Source of the DNA: Actinomycetota bacterium
Lineage (GTDB): Bacteria; Actinomycetota; UBA4738
Reading direction: 5' to 3'
DNA: 64,000 bases
Assembly (NCBI GenBank): GCA_050692195.1
Contig: JBOGVA010000056.1
Coordinates: forward strand, 6,700-70,699
This document shows, in pieces, positions 27,904-37,465 of this stretch. The number at the start of each line of letters is the position of its first letter. Within the stretch, counting starts at the first letter, position 1. The notes beneath the pieces were generated by a model. The model worked only from the letters and a program-made list of their open reading frames with translations. It did not search any database and was not told the origin of the DNA. The translations under genes and the position numbers were made by a program.

Positions 27904-30399
27904 ATGGCCTCCGCTCTCCGACAGGTCCGGGCTGCTCATCTAAGGAATGCTGATCAAGTTGCCGAACTCTCATTCGTGGGGGTGCAGCAGGGACTGGGCG
28001 GACCCGAGGCTCGAGAAGCGCCCCATCCCCTGGGAGAGATTCCCTGTGATTGGTGTGGGCTGTTCTCGCGCCCTGGTCCCGCATGCGAAGTTTGCGGCTC
28101 GCCCTTGCCCGATCTCGGGCGTCCTGTTGAGCCGGTCCTGAGGGTCGAGAGACCGGAACAGCCGCCAGAACCTGTCGAGACGGCAGAGCAGGTGCCATCT
28201 ACGCCTGCGATGGAGACCGCTTCCCAGGTCGAGACTGCGCCTCCTGCTGAGCCTGTTCCCGCCCAGGTCGAGCCCGATGCCCCGCTCGACTCCGTTTGGC
28301 GGGCGCTGTGGCTGGAGGAAGCTGCAGAGCCGGAACAGAAGGCTCCTGACGAGGCCACTCCTCCGGAACCACCCGCCGAAGTGGGCCTAGCCGAAGTCGC
28401 CGAAGCGAGGCAGCTCGAGGCAGCCGAGGCGTCCGCGGAGCCCGTCGGCGAGATTGTCACGGCCGCAGAGCGCTCTCAATTCGAGGAGCCTTCACCGGAG
28501 CCAGCCGTGGACTCGACGGCCGTTTCCGCAGATGCTGCAGTTCCCCGGCCGGAGCCCCCTCACGTCGACCCCGTCCTCGATGTGCTCCCAAGCGAGCCAG
28601 CCATCGAGCCCCCTATAGCCGAGCCCAAGGTGGAAGCTCCCCCGGCCCCACCCGAGCCCAAGGTGGAAGCTCCTGACCTGGAGACAGCGCCGGTACCGGC
28701 GCCCGCGGAACCCTCAGTTGAGAGCGCCGCGCCTGCGCCGGCTGCCGCTACCTTGGTCACGCCGGATCAGGTGGAGACCGAGGGGGAGGTGAGACCTCCG
28801 GAGGATCTCTCGGCCCGGCATGGCAAGAGGCTCCAGAAATGGGCATGGCCAAGGAGGCGGCCTCGCGGCCGGCCCGAAGAAGAGACCCCGCCGGCCGAAG
28901 AGCTGCCACCCCCGCCGGCTGAAGAAGCCGGTGAGCAACAGGAGCCCGAGGCCGCTCCCGTCGCGGCCGCCCAGGAATCCACTCCTCCCGCCTCGGTCGA
29001 GGAGGCTCCTCCGCAGGCGGTGGAAGAGGGGTCGCTTCCCCCGGTAGAAGAGGCCGCCGCCCCCGCTCCGAAGGAGCCGGTACCGCCAGAGGTGGAAGAG
29101 GCCGCTTCGTCAGCCGGTGAGGCCCCGGCCAGAACCGACCGGAGGCCCTCGCTGTGGAGACGGCAGGCCAGGCGCCCTCGGAGTGAACCAATGGAGTCCC
29201 CAGCGGCCTCTGAGGCTGTGGAGCAGCCTGCTGAGCCGTTGGAGGCAACAGCCCACGGTCCGGCCGAAGAGCCAGCTCCGCGGCCGGCGGAACCCCCGCC
29301 GCGGGAAACCAGCCAGAAGCTCGCCCCGGCACCTTCTCAGGCTCCAGCCGACGACGCTCCCGCAGAGAAAAAAGCCTCTCTCTGGAAGTGGCCCTCCAAG
29401 CGACCGTCCCGGCGGCCGGAGATTGAGCCCACACCAGAGGAGGAAGCGAAGAGACCTCCCTCGGTGGCCCCCGAACTGCCGGCCGAGTCACCGAAGCAGG
29501 CCGCGTCCGAGCCTTCAACGGCCGAGGCCAGCGAGCCCTCCGCACCAGAGTTCCCCAAGTCCGAGCTCCCTGGTCCGATCCCGGAGCCTCCCAGGCGGGT
29601 TGCTGCCAGGGTGGAGCCATCCGTCCCGGAGCTCCCCAAGCGTGAGCCGCGCACGACCGAGCCCACCCGTGTCGAGTCGCGGCCGGCCAAACCTCGTGGG
29701 CCTGAGGTCAGAAAGACTCAGCCGCCTGAGGAAGAGGCCCCTCCCCCAGCCCGGCCGGCCGGGAGCGTGGAGGCTCCGGCCCGTAAGTCAGAGGTGACAG
29801 CGGCGCAGGTACCCGAGGAAGCACCCTCCGGACCACGACCCGACGGGTCCTCGAGCGCTCAGGCTGCGGCCCGGAGGCTCCAGCGGTTCAAGATGCAAAA
29901 GAGAGACGCGTCCAAGGGGGAGGCCCTTCGAACGAAGACGACGGAAGATCGCGGCGAAGCACCACGGCCGGCTCGAGACAAAGGGCCATTGCCCGAACAG
30001 CGCGCCGTCGAAAGGCCGAAGCGGAGGCCGAAGCCCCCGGCGGCACGAGTGGTCCTCCCCGAACAGCCGAAGCCGACCGAGCCCGCATTTCCGGAAGTGG
30101 AGGCCAAGTCCCCGGCGAAGGAGCCACGGTTCGTCGCCTGGGTCGATCAGCCCGCCTCAGCGGGGAAGGGCCCCGTTCAGGGGCCGGAGGTACTTCGCAC
30201 TGAGGACGAGACCTCAACGCCCGTGCCTGCCGCAGCACCGTTCGCGGCCGCCTCGTCTCAAGGACCCGCCGCTTCGTCGACCGTCCTCGAGGGCCTGTGC
30301 TCTCGGTGCGGCCAGCCGTCCCGGAGAGGGCTATGCGACACCTGCGAGGACGCCTTCAAGGAGCTCAGACAGCTCAGCTTCGGCGCCGAGGAGTTCTAG
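27904..30399 (+). CDS. large Pro/Glu/Ala-rich, predicted-disordered protein flanked by N- and C-terminal zinc ribbons
   Basis: Single long ORF. N-terminal CDWCG-x9-CEVCG (28045-28098). C-terminal CSRCG-x7-CDTCEDAF (30298-30345). About 730 aa of PEPA-rich sequence lie between, with four basic/aromatic islands. The first ORF-track Met (27832) lies inside the IS inverted repeat, so ATG 27904 or a later start is preferred. Confidence 0.6.
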   Translation: MASALRQVRAAHLRNADQVAELSFVGVQQGLGGPEAREAPHPLGEIPCDWCGLFSRPGPACEVCGSPLPDLGRPVEPVLRVERPEQPPEPVETAEQVPSTPAMETASQVETAPPAEPVPAQVEPDAPLDSVWRALWLEEAAEPEQKAPDEATPPEPPAEVGLAEVAEARQLEAAEASAEPVGEIVTAAERSQFEEPSPEPAVDSTAVSADAAVPRPEPPHVDPVLDVLPSEPAIEPPIAEPKVEAPPAPPEPKVEAPDLETAPVPAPAEPSVESAAPAPAAATLVTPDQVETEGEVRPPEDLSARHGKRLQKWAWPRRRPRGRPEEETPPAEELPPPPAEEAGEQQEPEAAPVAAAQESTPPASVEEAPPQAVEEGSLPPVEEAAAPAPKEPVPPEVEEAASSAGEAPARTDRRPSLWRRQARRPRSEPMESPAASEAVEQPAEPLEATAHGPAEEPAPRPAEPPPRETSQKLAPAPSQAPADDAPAEKKASLWKWPSKRPSRRPEIEPTPEEEAKRPPSVAPELPAESPKQAASEPSTAEASEPSAPEFPKSELPGPIPEPPRRVAARVEPSVPELPKREPRTTEPTRVESRPAKPRGPEVRKTQPPEEEAPPPARPAGSVEAPARKSEVTAAQVPEEAPSGPRPDGSSSAQAAARRLQRFKMQKRDASKGEALRTKTTEDRGEAPRPARDKGPLPEQRAVERPKRRPKPPAARVVLPEQPKPTEPAFPEVEAKSPAKEPRFVAWVDQPASAGKGPVQGPEVLRTEDETSTPVPAAAPFAAASSQGPAASSTVLEGLCSRCGQPSRRGLCDTCEDAFKELRQLSFGAEEF

Positions 30400-30478
30400 G
30401 TGGCCGGTTCAAGCGGGCCGATGTGACCGCCGCCGACGTACTTCGGACCCCTTCTGGTCATCGCGTGGGAGAAGCCTG

Positions 30479-31558
30479 ATGCTCGACCTCACCGGCTTGC
30501 TTCAGAAGCTGGCCGAAGACTCCGGATCCGATCTCCATCTGGTCGTCGGATCACCACCCTTGATCCGTGTGGACGGGCAGCTTCAGAGGCTGGAGGGCAA
30601 GCCCCTGACGCCGGATGACACGGAGCTGATCGCGTACACGATCATGCCCCCCGAGCGTCGGGAGCGCCTGGAAGAACGGAAGGAGGCCGACTTCGCCCAC
30701 TCGCTCGCCGGGGTGGGGCGGTTCCGGGTGAACGTGTTCCAGCAGCGCGGGTCGATCAGCTTGGTCCTCCGCAGGGTTCGCGTGGGAAGCCCGTCGTACG
30801 AAGAGCTTGGGCTGCCCTCGTCGGTCAGCCAGTTGGCGGACGCTCCCAGGGGGCTCGTGCTGGTCACCGGACCGACGGGATCGGGGAAGACCACCACCCT
30901 TGCCGCCATGATCGACCAGATCAATGCGACGAAGGCAGTCCACATCCTCACGATCGAGGATCCCATCGAGGTGCTCCACCGCCATCAGAAGGCGAGCGTG
31001 TCCCAACGCGAAGTAGGCGTGGATACGGACAGCTACGTCGACGCCATGCGTGCGGCCATGCGCCAGGATCCAGACGTCATCTTGATCGGGGAGATGCGGG
31101 ACCCGGAGACGGTGGGCGCCGCCCTGGCCGCCGCCGAGACGGGCCACCTCGTGCTCTCGACGCTGCACACGACCGACGCGGTCGAAACCATGAACCGCGT
31201 GGTGGACTTCTTCCCGCCCTTCCAGCAGCACCAGGTGCGAGTCACGCTGGCCAGCGTCCTACGGGGGGTGATCTGCCAGCGATTGGCCAGACGGATAGGG
31301 GGAGGTCGGATCCCGGTTCTGGAGATCATGGTGAACAACGGTCGGATCGCCGAGAGGATCGTGGATCCGAATCGAACCTCGGAGATCACGGGGATCATCG
31401 CGGAAGGCGAGTTCTACGGCATGCAGACCTTCGATCAATCCATCCTGACCCACATCAAGAACAACCTGGTCTCCATCGAAGACGCGATGGAAGCCGCGTC
31501 GAGTCCGCACGACCTGGGCCTGATGCTCGAGCAGGCAGGCGTCCGAGTCGGAACCTGA
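30479..31558 (+). CDS. pilT: type IV pilus retraction ATPase PilT-family protein
   Basis: Walker A GPTGSGKTTTLAAMI, Asp box ILTIEDPIE, Walker B/His box ILIGEMRD...GHLVLSTLHT. 359 aa. Confidence 0.9.
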   Translation: MLDLTGLLQKLAEDSGSDLHLVVGSPPLIRVDGQLQRLEGKPLTPDDTELIAYTIMPPERRERLEERKEADFAHSLAGVGRFRVNVFQQRGSISLVLRRVRVGSPSYEELGLPSSVSQLADAPRGLVLVTGPTGSGKTTTLAAMIDQINATKAVHILTIEDPIEVLHRHQKASVSQREVGVDTDSYVDAMRAAMRQDPDVILIGEMRDPETVGAALAAAETGHLVLSTLHTTDAVETMNRVVDFFPPFQQHQVRVTLASVLRGVICQRLARRIGGGRIPVLEIMVNNGRIAERIVDPNRTSEITGIIAEGEFYGMQTFDQSILTHIKNNLVSIEDAMEAASSPHDLGLMLEQAGVRVGT

Positions 31559-31655
31559 GGGGGCCTGTCTCTCGCCGCCCCCTCCGCCGCCCAATGCGAG
31601 GAACGCAGGTCGCGGGTACTAGGCTGAGGAGCGCACGCACCCCCGGAGGAGACAC

Positions 31656-32900
31656 GTGAGCAGCTCTGCCTGGACGAGCGCCCTCAAGCAACTGGATGAA
31701 GCCGCCCGGATCATGAACCTCGACCAGGCGGTTCACGAGGTTCTGAGGAGCCCACGGCGGGCACTGGAGGTATCGGTCCCAACCCGTATGGACGACGAGA
31801 GCATCACGGTCTTCACCGGATATCGGGTGCACCACAACACATCTCGAGGGCCGTCCAAGGGAGGCATTCGATACCACCCGGCCGTGACCCTCGAGGAGGT
31901 CAAGGCCCTGGCCAGGTGGATGACCTGGAAGTGCGCGGTCGTGGGCATCCCCTTCGGCGGGGCAAAGGGTGGGGTCGTCGTGGATCCCTCGGAGCTGTCG
32001 AGGAAAGAGCTGGAGCGTATGTCCCGTCGCTACGCGTACGAGATCATCCCGCTTATCGGACCCGAGCGCGATATCCCCGCCCCTGACCTTGGAACGGACG
32101 AACAGGTGATGGCGTGGATCATGGACACATATTCGACCCGCGAAGGGTTCTCCGTGCCCGGCGTGGTCACGGGCAAGCCGCTCGCCATCGGCGGTTCGGC
32201 CGGCCGTCCTCGGGCCACGTCGCGTGGGGTCATGTACATCACACTGGCCACCCTCAAGCACCTTGGCATGTCCGTGGAGGATGCGAGGATCGTGGTCCAG
32301 GGGTTCGGCAACGTTGGCGGGGGCACGGTTGACTTCCTGCACCAGGCGGGCTGCAAGATCATCGGGGTGTCCGACGAGCGGGGCGGCGTGTACAACCCGG
32401 AGGGTTTGTCACCGACCGGTCTGCGCGCGTACGACCAGGAGACCGGAACGATCTTCGGGTACGAGGGCGGCGAGCGCATCTCGAACGCAGCGCTGCTGGA
32501 GCTGGATTGCGACGTGCTGATCCCGGCGGCCATCGAGGGCCAGCTCACGGAGGCCAACGCAGAAAGGGTGAGAGCCTCGGTGATCGTGGAGGCGGCGAAC
32601 GGCCCCACCACTCCGGAGGCGGACGAGATATTCCAGGAACGTGGCATCCCCGTGGTGCCGGACATCCTCGCCAACGCAGGCGGGGTGACGGTGTCTTACT
32701 TCGAGTGGGTCCAGGACCTCCAGGCCTACTACTGGCAAGAGGACGAGGTCAACGACCGCCTCAGGATGATCATGGAGAAGGCATACGTCGACGTGCTGGC
32801 CCTGGCGGAGGATCGAAAGGTGCCCATGAGGACCGCGGCAACCATCCTGGGCGTGGGCCGCGTAGCCGAGGCCCACACCACTCGGGGGCTGTACCCGTAG
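31656..32900 (+). CDS. gdh: Glu/Leu/Phe/Val-family (glutamate) dehydrogenase
   Basis: SKGGIRYHP, IPFGGAKGGV and QGFGNVGG motifs. Confidence 0.9.
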   Translation: MSSSAWTSALKQLDEAARIMNLDQAVHEVLRSPRRALEVSVPTRMDDESITVFTGYRVHHNTSRGPSKGGIRYHPAVTLEEVKALARWMTWKCAVVGIPFGGAKGGVVVDPSELSRKELERMSRRYAYEIIPLIGPERDIPAPDLGTDEQVMAWIMDTYSTREGFSVPGVVTGKPLAIGGSAGRPRATSRGVMYITLATLKHLGMSVEDARIVVQGFGNVGGGTVDFLHQAGCKIIGVSDERGGVYNPEGLSPTGLRAYDQETGTIFGYEGGERISNAALLELDCDVLIPAAIEGQLTEANAERVRASVIVEAANGPTTPEADEIFQERGIPVVPDILANAGGVTVSYFEWVQDLQAYYWQEDEVNDRLRMIMEKAYVDVLALAEDRKVPMRTAATILGVGRVAEAHTTRGLYP

Positions 32901-32973
32901 CGTGTTCCTGTCGGCGCGCCTCCCACATCTTGTGCTAGTCTTCGCGCGGCGCACAACATATTGGGGGGAAGGC

Positions 32974-33237
32974 ATGACCGGCGAATCCACGGCGGATGCC
33001 GGCTGGAAGGATCTCCTCGAGTTCGAGCGAAGCTGGGGAAAGCTCTCGGTTCGAAAGGAGCTGGCGGTTCGGCGGCGATTTGGTCTGTCCCCGGCACGGT
33101 ATTATCAGCTGCTGAACCGGCTCATCGATCGGCCGGAGGCGCTCGAGTACGACCCCATGCTGGTCCGGCGACTCCGACGCCTCCGGGAGGCTCGGCGGAG
33201 CAAGCGGTTCGCCCGCAGGCTCGGCCTGGGGGGATGA
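32974..33237 (+). CDS. DUF3263-like small protein
   Basis: LLEFERSWGK..VRKELAVRRRFGLSPARYYQLLNRLIDRPEALEYDPMLVRRLRRLR. The ATG at 32974 is preceded by GGGGGGAAGG. Confidence 0.7.
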   Translation: MTGESTADAGWKDLLEFERSWGKLSVRKELAVRRRFGLSPARYYQLLNRLIDRPEALEYDPMLVRRLRRLREARRSKRFARRLGLGG

Positions 33238-33253
33238 CGGCGAAGCGAGCGAC

Positions 33254-33781
33254 TTGGCTGGCAGGCATGAACCGACCAAGAGGAGCCTGTATCTCTCCGT
33301 GACGACCTGGACGCTGAAGAGGTTGCTGATCCTGGCCGCGGCCGTCGTGCTCGGCCTGGTCGTCCTCAGGAACGGATTCCCCAGCAACGCCAGCCAGGGC
33401 ATCACGGGGGCTCCTCCCACCACGCCGGCAACGACGGTGTCTCCGCCTCCACCGAGCCCTTCACCCAGCCCGACGAGCTCGCCGCGGGTCGAAGGCGTGG
33501 TGGTCCAAGTGCTGAACGGGACGTCCCAGACCGGGCTCGCCGCCAACGTGTCCCAAACGCTCGAGGGGGAGGGATATTCCGTAAGGGCCCCCGACAACGC
33601 CCCCAGCAGGCAAAGGACCATCATCTTCTACAGAGAGGAGTTCCTCCTCGAGGCGCAGCACATGCAGCAGCAATTCTTCCCTGAGGCGCGTCTCAGACCG
33701 GCCGGGACGTCGGTCCCCCGGAACGTCAATCTCATGGTGGTCCTGGGAGCGGACTTCTTGGGCGGCTCGCCCACTCCGTAG
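33254..33781 (+). CDS. LytR_C (LytR/CpsA/Psr C-terminal) domain membrane protein
   Basis: TM helix, Pro/Ser/Thr linker, then VVVQVLNGTSQTGLAANVSQTLEGEGYSV...VVLGADF. Confidence 0.7.
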   Translation: MAGRHEPTKRSLYLSVTTWTLKRLLILAAAVVLGLVVLRNGFPSNASQGITGAPPTTPATTVSPPPPSPSPSPTSSPRVEGVVVQVLNGTSQTGLAANVSQTLEGEGYSVRAPDNAPSRQRTIIFYREEFLLEAQHMQQQFFPEARLRPAGTSVPRNVNLMVVLGADFLGGSPTP

Positions 33782-33824
33782 CCAACCCTGAGCGGCGTCC
33801 CTCCTGCCGGAATCCGATCTCCCG

Positions 33825-34562
33825 ATGTCCACCTCGGCCCACCTCGACAGGTTTCGATCTCTCAGGGACCGGGCGGGCATCTTCCTGGACTTCGACGGCA
33901 CACTGGCCGACATCGTCGCTCGTCCGGAGCTGGCCCGGGCCCACCCCGAGTCGTCTGCGGTGCTGGCGAGGCTTGCCGGCCAGTACGCGCTCGTGGCTGT
34001 GGTGTCTGGCCGCCCCCCGAGCCAGGTACTGGAGCTGATCGACGTCCCCGGGATCGAGGTGTTCGGGCTCTATGGCCTGTCGGAGGCGCGGGATTCGGCC
34101 GTCCGCGCCGCGCTGCCCGAGGTGGAACGCGCCATCCGGCGGGTCGCTGGGGCATGGATCGAGGACAAGGGCCCCTCTCTGGCGGTCCACTACCGTGGGG
34201 CTCGGGATCCTGCGACCGCCGAACGCGAACTGACCCACGGCCTGACCGACATCGCCGGGCGCTTCGGACTCTCGGTCCTGCCGGGAAAGATGGTGCTGGA
34301 GCTTGCCCCTCGGGACACGCCGGGGAAGGGGGCCGTGGTCCTGCGGGAATGCCGGTCCAGAGGCCTCGAGGGATGCCTCTACGCCGGCGACGACCGGGCC
34401 GACCTCGAGGCGTTCGCCGCCCTCGACCGGCTTCAGGCGGAGGGGATGCGGACGTTGAAGCTGGCCGTTCGATCCGAGGGTACTCCGGCCGAGCTGGCGG
34501 CTTCCGCCGATCTGGTGGTCGAGGGCCCCGCGGCGCTTGTGGCGCTGCTCCGCGAGCTGTAA
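33825..34562 (+). CDS. otsB: trehalose-6-phosphate phosphatase
   Basis: HAD motif IFLDFDGTLADIV, GKMVLELAP..PGKG and YAGDDRADLEAF. Confidence 0.85.
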   Translation: MSTSAHLDRFRSLRDRAGIFLDFDGTLADIVARPELARAHPESSAVLARLAGQYALVAVVSGRPPSQVLELIDVPGIEVFGLYGLSEARDSAVRAALPEVERAIRRVAGAWIEDKGPSLAVHYRGARDPATAERELTHGLTDIAGRFGLSVLPGKMVLELAPRDTPGKGAVVLRECRSRGLEGCLYAGDDRADLEAFAALDRLQAEGMRTLKLAVRSEGTPAELAASADLVVEGPAALVALLREL

Positions 34563-34575
34563 GGACCTGCGTCCA

Positions 34576-36066
34576 TCACGCGGAAGGCTCCGCGCGCAAG
34601 TCCTCGAGCTGAGCTCCGACCCATCGGTCCACGCTGCCGCGTCGCACCGCCCTGCGCAGGCCCAAGGCCCGCCTGTTTCGTTCCGCCGGACCCATGTCGA
34701 GCGCGGTCGCGATCGCCTCTGCCGTCGCCCCGACGTCGAAGGGGTTGATGCCGATGGCGTGTCGTCCGAGCTCCTCGTGTGCCCCGGCGTTCTCGGACAG
34801 GATGAGCACCCCCCGGCGGCGGTTCAGCGACGGTCCCTCCTTCGCCACCAGATTCATTCCATCGTAGACAGGGTTGACCAACAGCACGTCGTACATGCCG
34901 AATGCGGCGACCGACAGGTCGTGGTCGTCCTCCAGCGAGACCTCGACGGGCTGCCAGTTCTCCTCTCCGAGCTCGCGATTGATCCGCGCGGCCTCGTCGA
35001 GGCACTCCCGAATGTAGTCCGCGTACTCGGGCAGGTCCGTTCGCGACGGGTTGAGCAGGGCCAGGAACCGCACTCGGCGCCGCCACTCCGGGTGCTCCAC
35101 CAGGAAGGCCCCGTAGGCCTGGAACCCTCGAAGGATGTTCTTCGAGAGCTCGGCCCGATCCACCCGCAGCAGGAGCTTGGCGTTGCCCACCACCCGGCGG
35201 AGACGGCGTCGGGCCCGGGCGACCTCCGGCGTCCCTGCCCTCGCTTTGAGCGCTTCGACGTCGATGGAGATGGGATAGAGGCGCACCTTGATCTGTCTGT
35301 CCTGCCATCGAACCAACCGGCGCTTGAGGTCGACGCGCGCTTCGGGGAGCGCGCGACAGCACAGAAGGAAGTTGTCGGCCCACGCCCCCGCCTGGAAGCC
35401 CACGACGTCGGCTCCCAGGAGGCCGGTCAGGAGCTCCCACCGGATCGATGCGGGCAGGATCCGGAAATAGCTCGGCCCGGCGAAAGGGATGTGAGAGAAG
35501 TGGGCGATTCGGGCCTCAGGTCGCCGCCGGCGGAGCAACTCGGGAGCCAGGGCCAGGTGGTAGTCCTGGATCAGGTAGGCGGGCGCATCCGGCAGACCAG
35601 CTCCTTCCTCGTCCAGCGCATTGGCGAAGGACTCGTTCACTGCTCGGTACGCCGCCCAGTCCAGGGAAGATTCTGCGTCGAAGCGCGGCCTTCTGGGGAT
35701 GTCCCACAGGTAGTGATGCAGGAACCACAGCACCGAGTTGGAGACTCGGTTGTAGAAGCGCTCGTAGGTCTCCGGCTCGAAGGCCAGGTACCGAACGCTG
35801 TACCTGCCTTCGGGCATGGACACGTCGATGCGCCCCGCCGTGGCCTGTCTCCGGTCTTCGTCCGTCATCGCGCTGGCGATCCACAGCCCGCCGGAGTGTT
35901 GGAGAGCCCCGGTCAGGGCCGTCACGAGCCCGCCGGTCCCACGTTTCGGCATGACCTGGTCGTTCTCGTTCCGGGCGAACGAGACGGGCCCGCGGTTCGA
36001 GGCGATGAGGATCTGCTTGTTCGCCACCCCGACGTCGTTGCCTCGCCCAGAGCGCCCTACGCGCAT
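34576..36066 (-). CDS. otsA: alpha,alpha-trehalose-phosphate synthase (GT20)
   Basis: The internal ATG at 36066 gives ...ILIASNRGPVSF...GTGGLVTALTG..., with the GT20 core through NPVYDGMNLVAKE. The ORF-track extension to 36576 overlaps the upstream GT4 gene in another frame. Confidence 0.9.
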   Translation of the reverse strand: MRVGRSGRGNDVGVANKQILIASNRGPVSFARNENDQVMPKRGTGGLVTALTGALQHSGGLWIASAMTDEDRRQATAGRIDVSMPEGRYSVRYLAFEPETYERFYNRVSNSVLWFLHHYLWDIPRRPRFDAESSLDWAAYRAVNESFANALDEEGAGLPDAPAYLIQDYHLALAPELLRRRRPEARIAHFSHIPFAGPSYFRILPASIRWELLTGLLGADVVGFQAGAWADNFLLCCRALPEARVDLKRRLVRWQDRQIKVRLYPISIDVEALKARAGTPEVARARRRLRRVVGNAKLLLRVDRAELSKNILRGFQAYGAFLVEHPEWRRRVRFLALLNPSRTDLPEYADYIRECLDEAARINRELGEENWQPVEVSLEDDHDLSVAAFGMYDVLLVNPVYDGMNLVAKEGPSLNRRRGVLILSENAGAHEELGRHAIGINPFDVGATAEAIATALDMGPAERNRRALGLRRAVRRGSVDRWVGAQLEDLRAEPSA

Positions 36067-36070
36067 GCAG

Positions 36071-37309
36071 TCACAGCGAGGCGAGCAGCAGCAGGTGGTC
36101 CTCGATCTCCCGGAGGGTGAGGAACCGCTGGCGCACGCGCTCCCGTCCGGCCTTGCCCATCTCTGTCCGCAGGTGGTCATCACCCAGCAGCCCGACGATC
36201 CGCTCGGCGCACTCATCGACGGAGTTGACCAGGTACCCGCTGACTCCGTCCTCGATCTGGAGCCTGATCCCGCCGACGTTCCCCGCGACGACGGGTGTCT
36301 CCTTCCACATCGCCTCGGACACGACCAGCCCGAACCCTTCGCGAAGCGACTTCTGGACCACCACCGTCGAGGCACGCTGGAATGCGTTGACCTCCAGGTT
36401 CCCCACCTCCTGGATGTTCGACAGGAGATAGATGTCGGGATCGCCGTCGCGATGTGCTTCCGTGACCTCCAGGTAGTGCCACCCCTCCGGGTCGTCGTGG
36501 GCCATCGAGCCCACCAGCAGGAGCTGGAGATCGGGGAAATCCTGCTTGGCCAACCGGTAGGCATCGATGACGCCAACGGGATCCTTCCACGGGTCGAACC
36601 GGGAGACCTGGGTCACGATGGGCCTGGTTCGATCCACTCCGTACCGGTTGAGCACGTCATACACGGTGTCGTGGCTCACCCATCCGTTCTTGAGCGACAG
36701 TGGATCGATGGACGGGGCGATCGTGACGATCCGCGGTCCTTCCAACCTTGCCGGAACGAATTCCTCCAGCGTGAAGATGGCCGCGTCGTAGCCGGCGACT
36801 TGGCCGATGAAGAAATCCAGGATCGGCCGATGAGGAGCGGAGAGGTCGATATGGCAACGCCATAGCCACGTGCCCTTCCGGCTCCCTTCCGCCTCGAGGA
36901 TGGGCAGGATTCCAGCGGGCTGGGGGTCGTGGATCAGGACATAGTCATAGCCTTCGGCGATCCCTGCAGCATTGGCCCGACAGCGATCGAAGTAGATGGT
37001 CTCCATGTCCTCGGTCCAGGGCACCTGGGCGCCCTGGAGCCCGTTGTGGGCGAACTTGGTCACCGTGAAGAAGTCGTCGGTCCCCTCGATGACCTGCCAG
37101 GCCGTCTCGATCCCCAGGTCGTTCAGCAGCGCCACCTGGGTGAAGAGCAGCTCGGCCACCCCTCCACCGAAGGCGGTGGAGTTGACGTGGAGGATCCGTG
37201 CACCCGAGAGCTTCTCTGCTGCCGCTCGGACGCGTTCCTCGGCTTCCTCGCCGGCGGGTTCACGATACTCGTCGACGCCACGGGAGGGAACAGGGACGAA
37301 AGGCAGCAT
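36071..37309 (-). CDS. treT: GT4 glycosyltransferase resembling trehalose glycosyltransferring synthase (TreT)
   Basis: N-terminus VDEYREPAGEE...ILHVNSTAFGGGVAELL...FFTVTKFAHNGLQG matches my recollection of TreT-type synthases. The C-terminal GT1 motif is REGFGLVVSEAMWK. The stop is 4 nt from the otsA start. Confidence 0.65.
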   Translation of the reverse strand: MLPFVPVPSRGVDEYREPAGEEAEERVRAAAEKLSGARILHVNSTAFGGGVAELLFTQVALLNDLGIETAWQVIEGTDDFFTVTKFAHNGLQGAQVPWTEDMETIYFDRCRANAAGIAEGYDYVLIHDPQPAGILPILEAEGSRKGTWLWRCHIDLSAPHRPILDFFIGQVAGYDAAIFTLEEFVPARLEGPRIVTIAPSIDPLSLKNGWVSHDTVYDVLNRYGVDRTRPIVTQVSRFDPWKDPVGVIDAYRLAKQDFPDLQLLLVGSMAHDDPEGWHYLEVTEAHRDGDPDIYLLSNIQEVGNLEVNAFQRASTVVVQKSLREGFGLVVSEAMWKETPVVAGNVGGIRLQIEDGVSGYLVNSVDECAERIVGLLGDDHLRTEMGKAGRERVRQRFLTLREIEDHLLLLASL

Positions 37310-37465
37310 TTAGCGAAAGTGTACCCAGCCTTGATACGTCGGCGTGGCCATCTGTCCCGGCTATCATTACCTTATGTCCGAGGCGCGTTCTCTCTTGGTG
37401 CCGTTCCTACACTGACTTCGTCCGCGGGCATCCGTCATACGGAGTGACCTCTCCTTTGAGTAGCA

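Noticed and set aside
22457-31600. tRNA-Thr as the attachment site of a genomic island, since synteny with mycobacteria breaks right after it.
   Set aside because: No integrase was noticed, nor a direct repeat of the tRNA 3' end. Apart from the IS element, composition looks native. An exhaustive repeat search cannot be done by eye, so the idea is left unproven rather than claimed.
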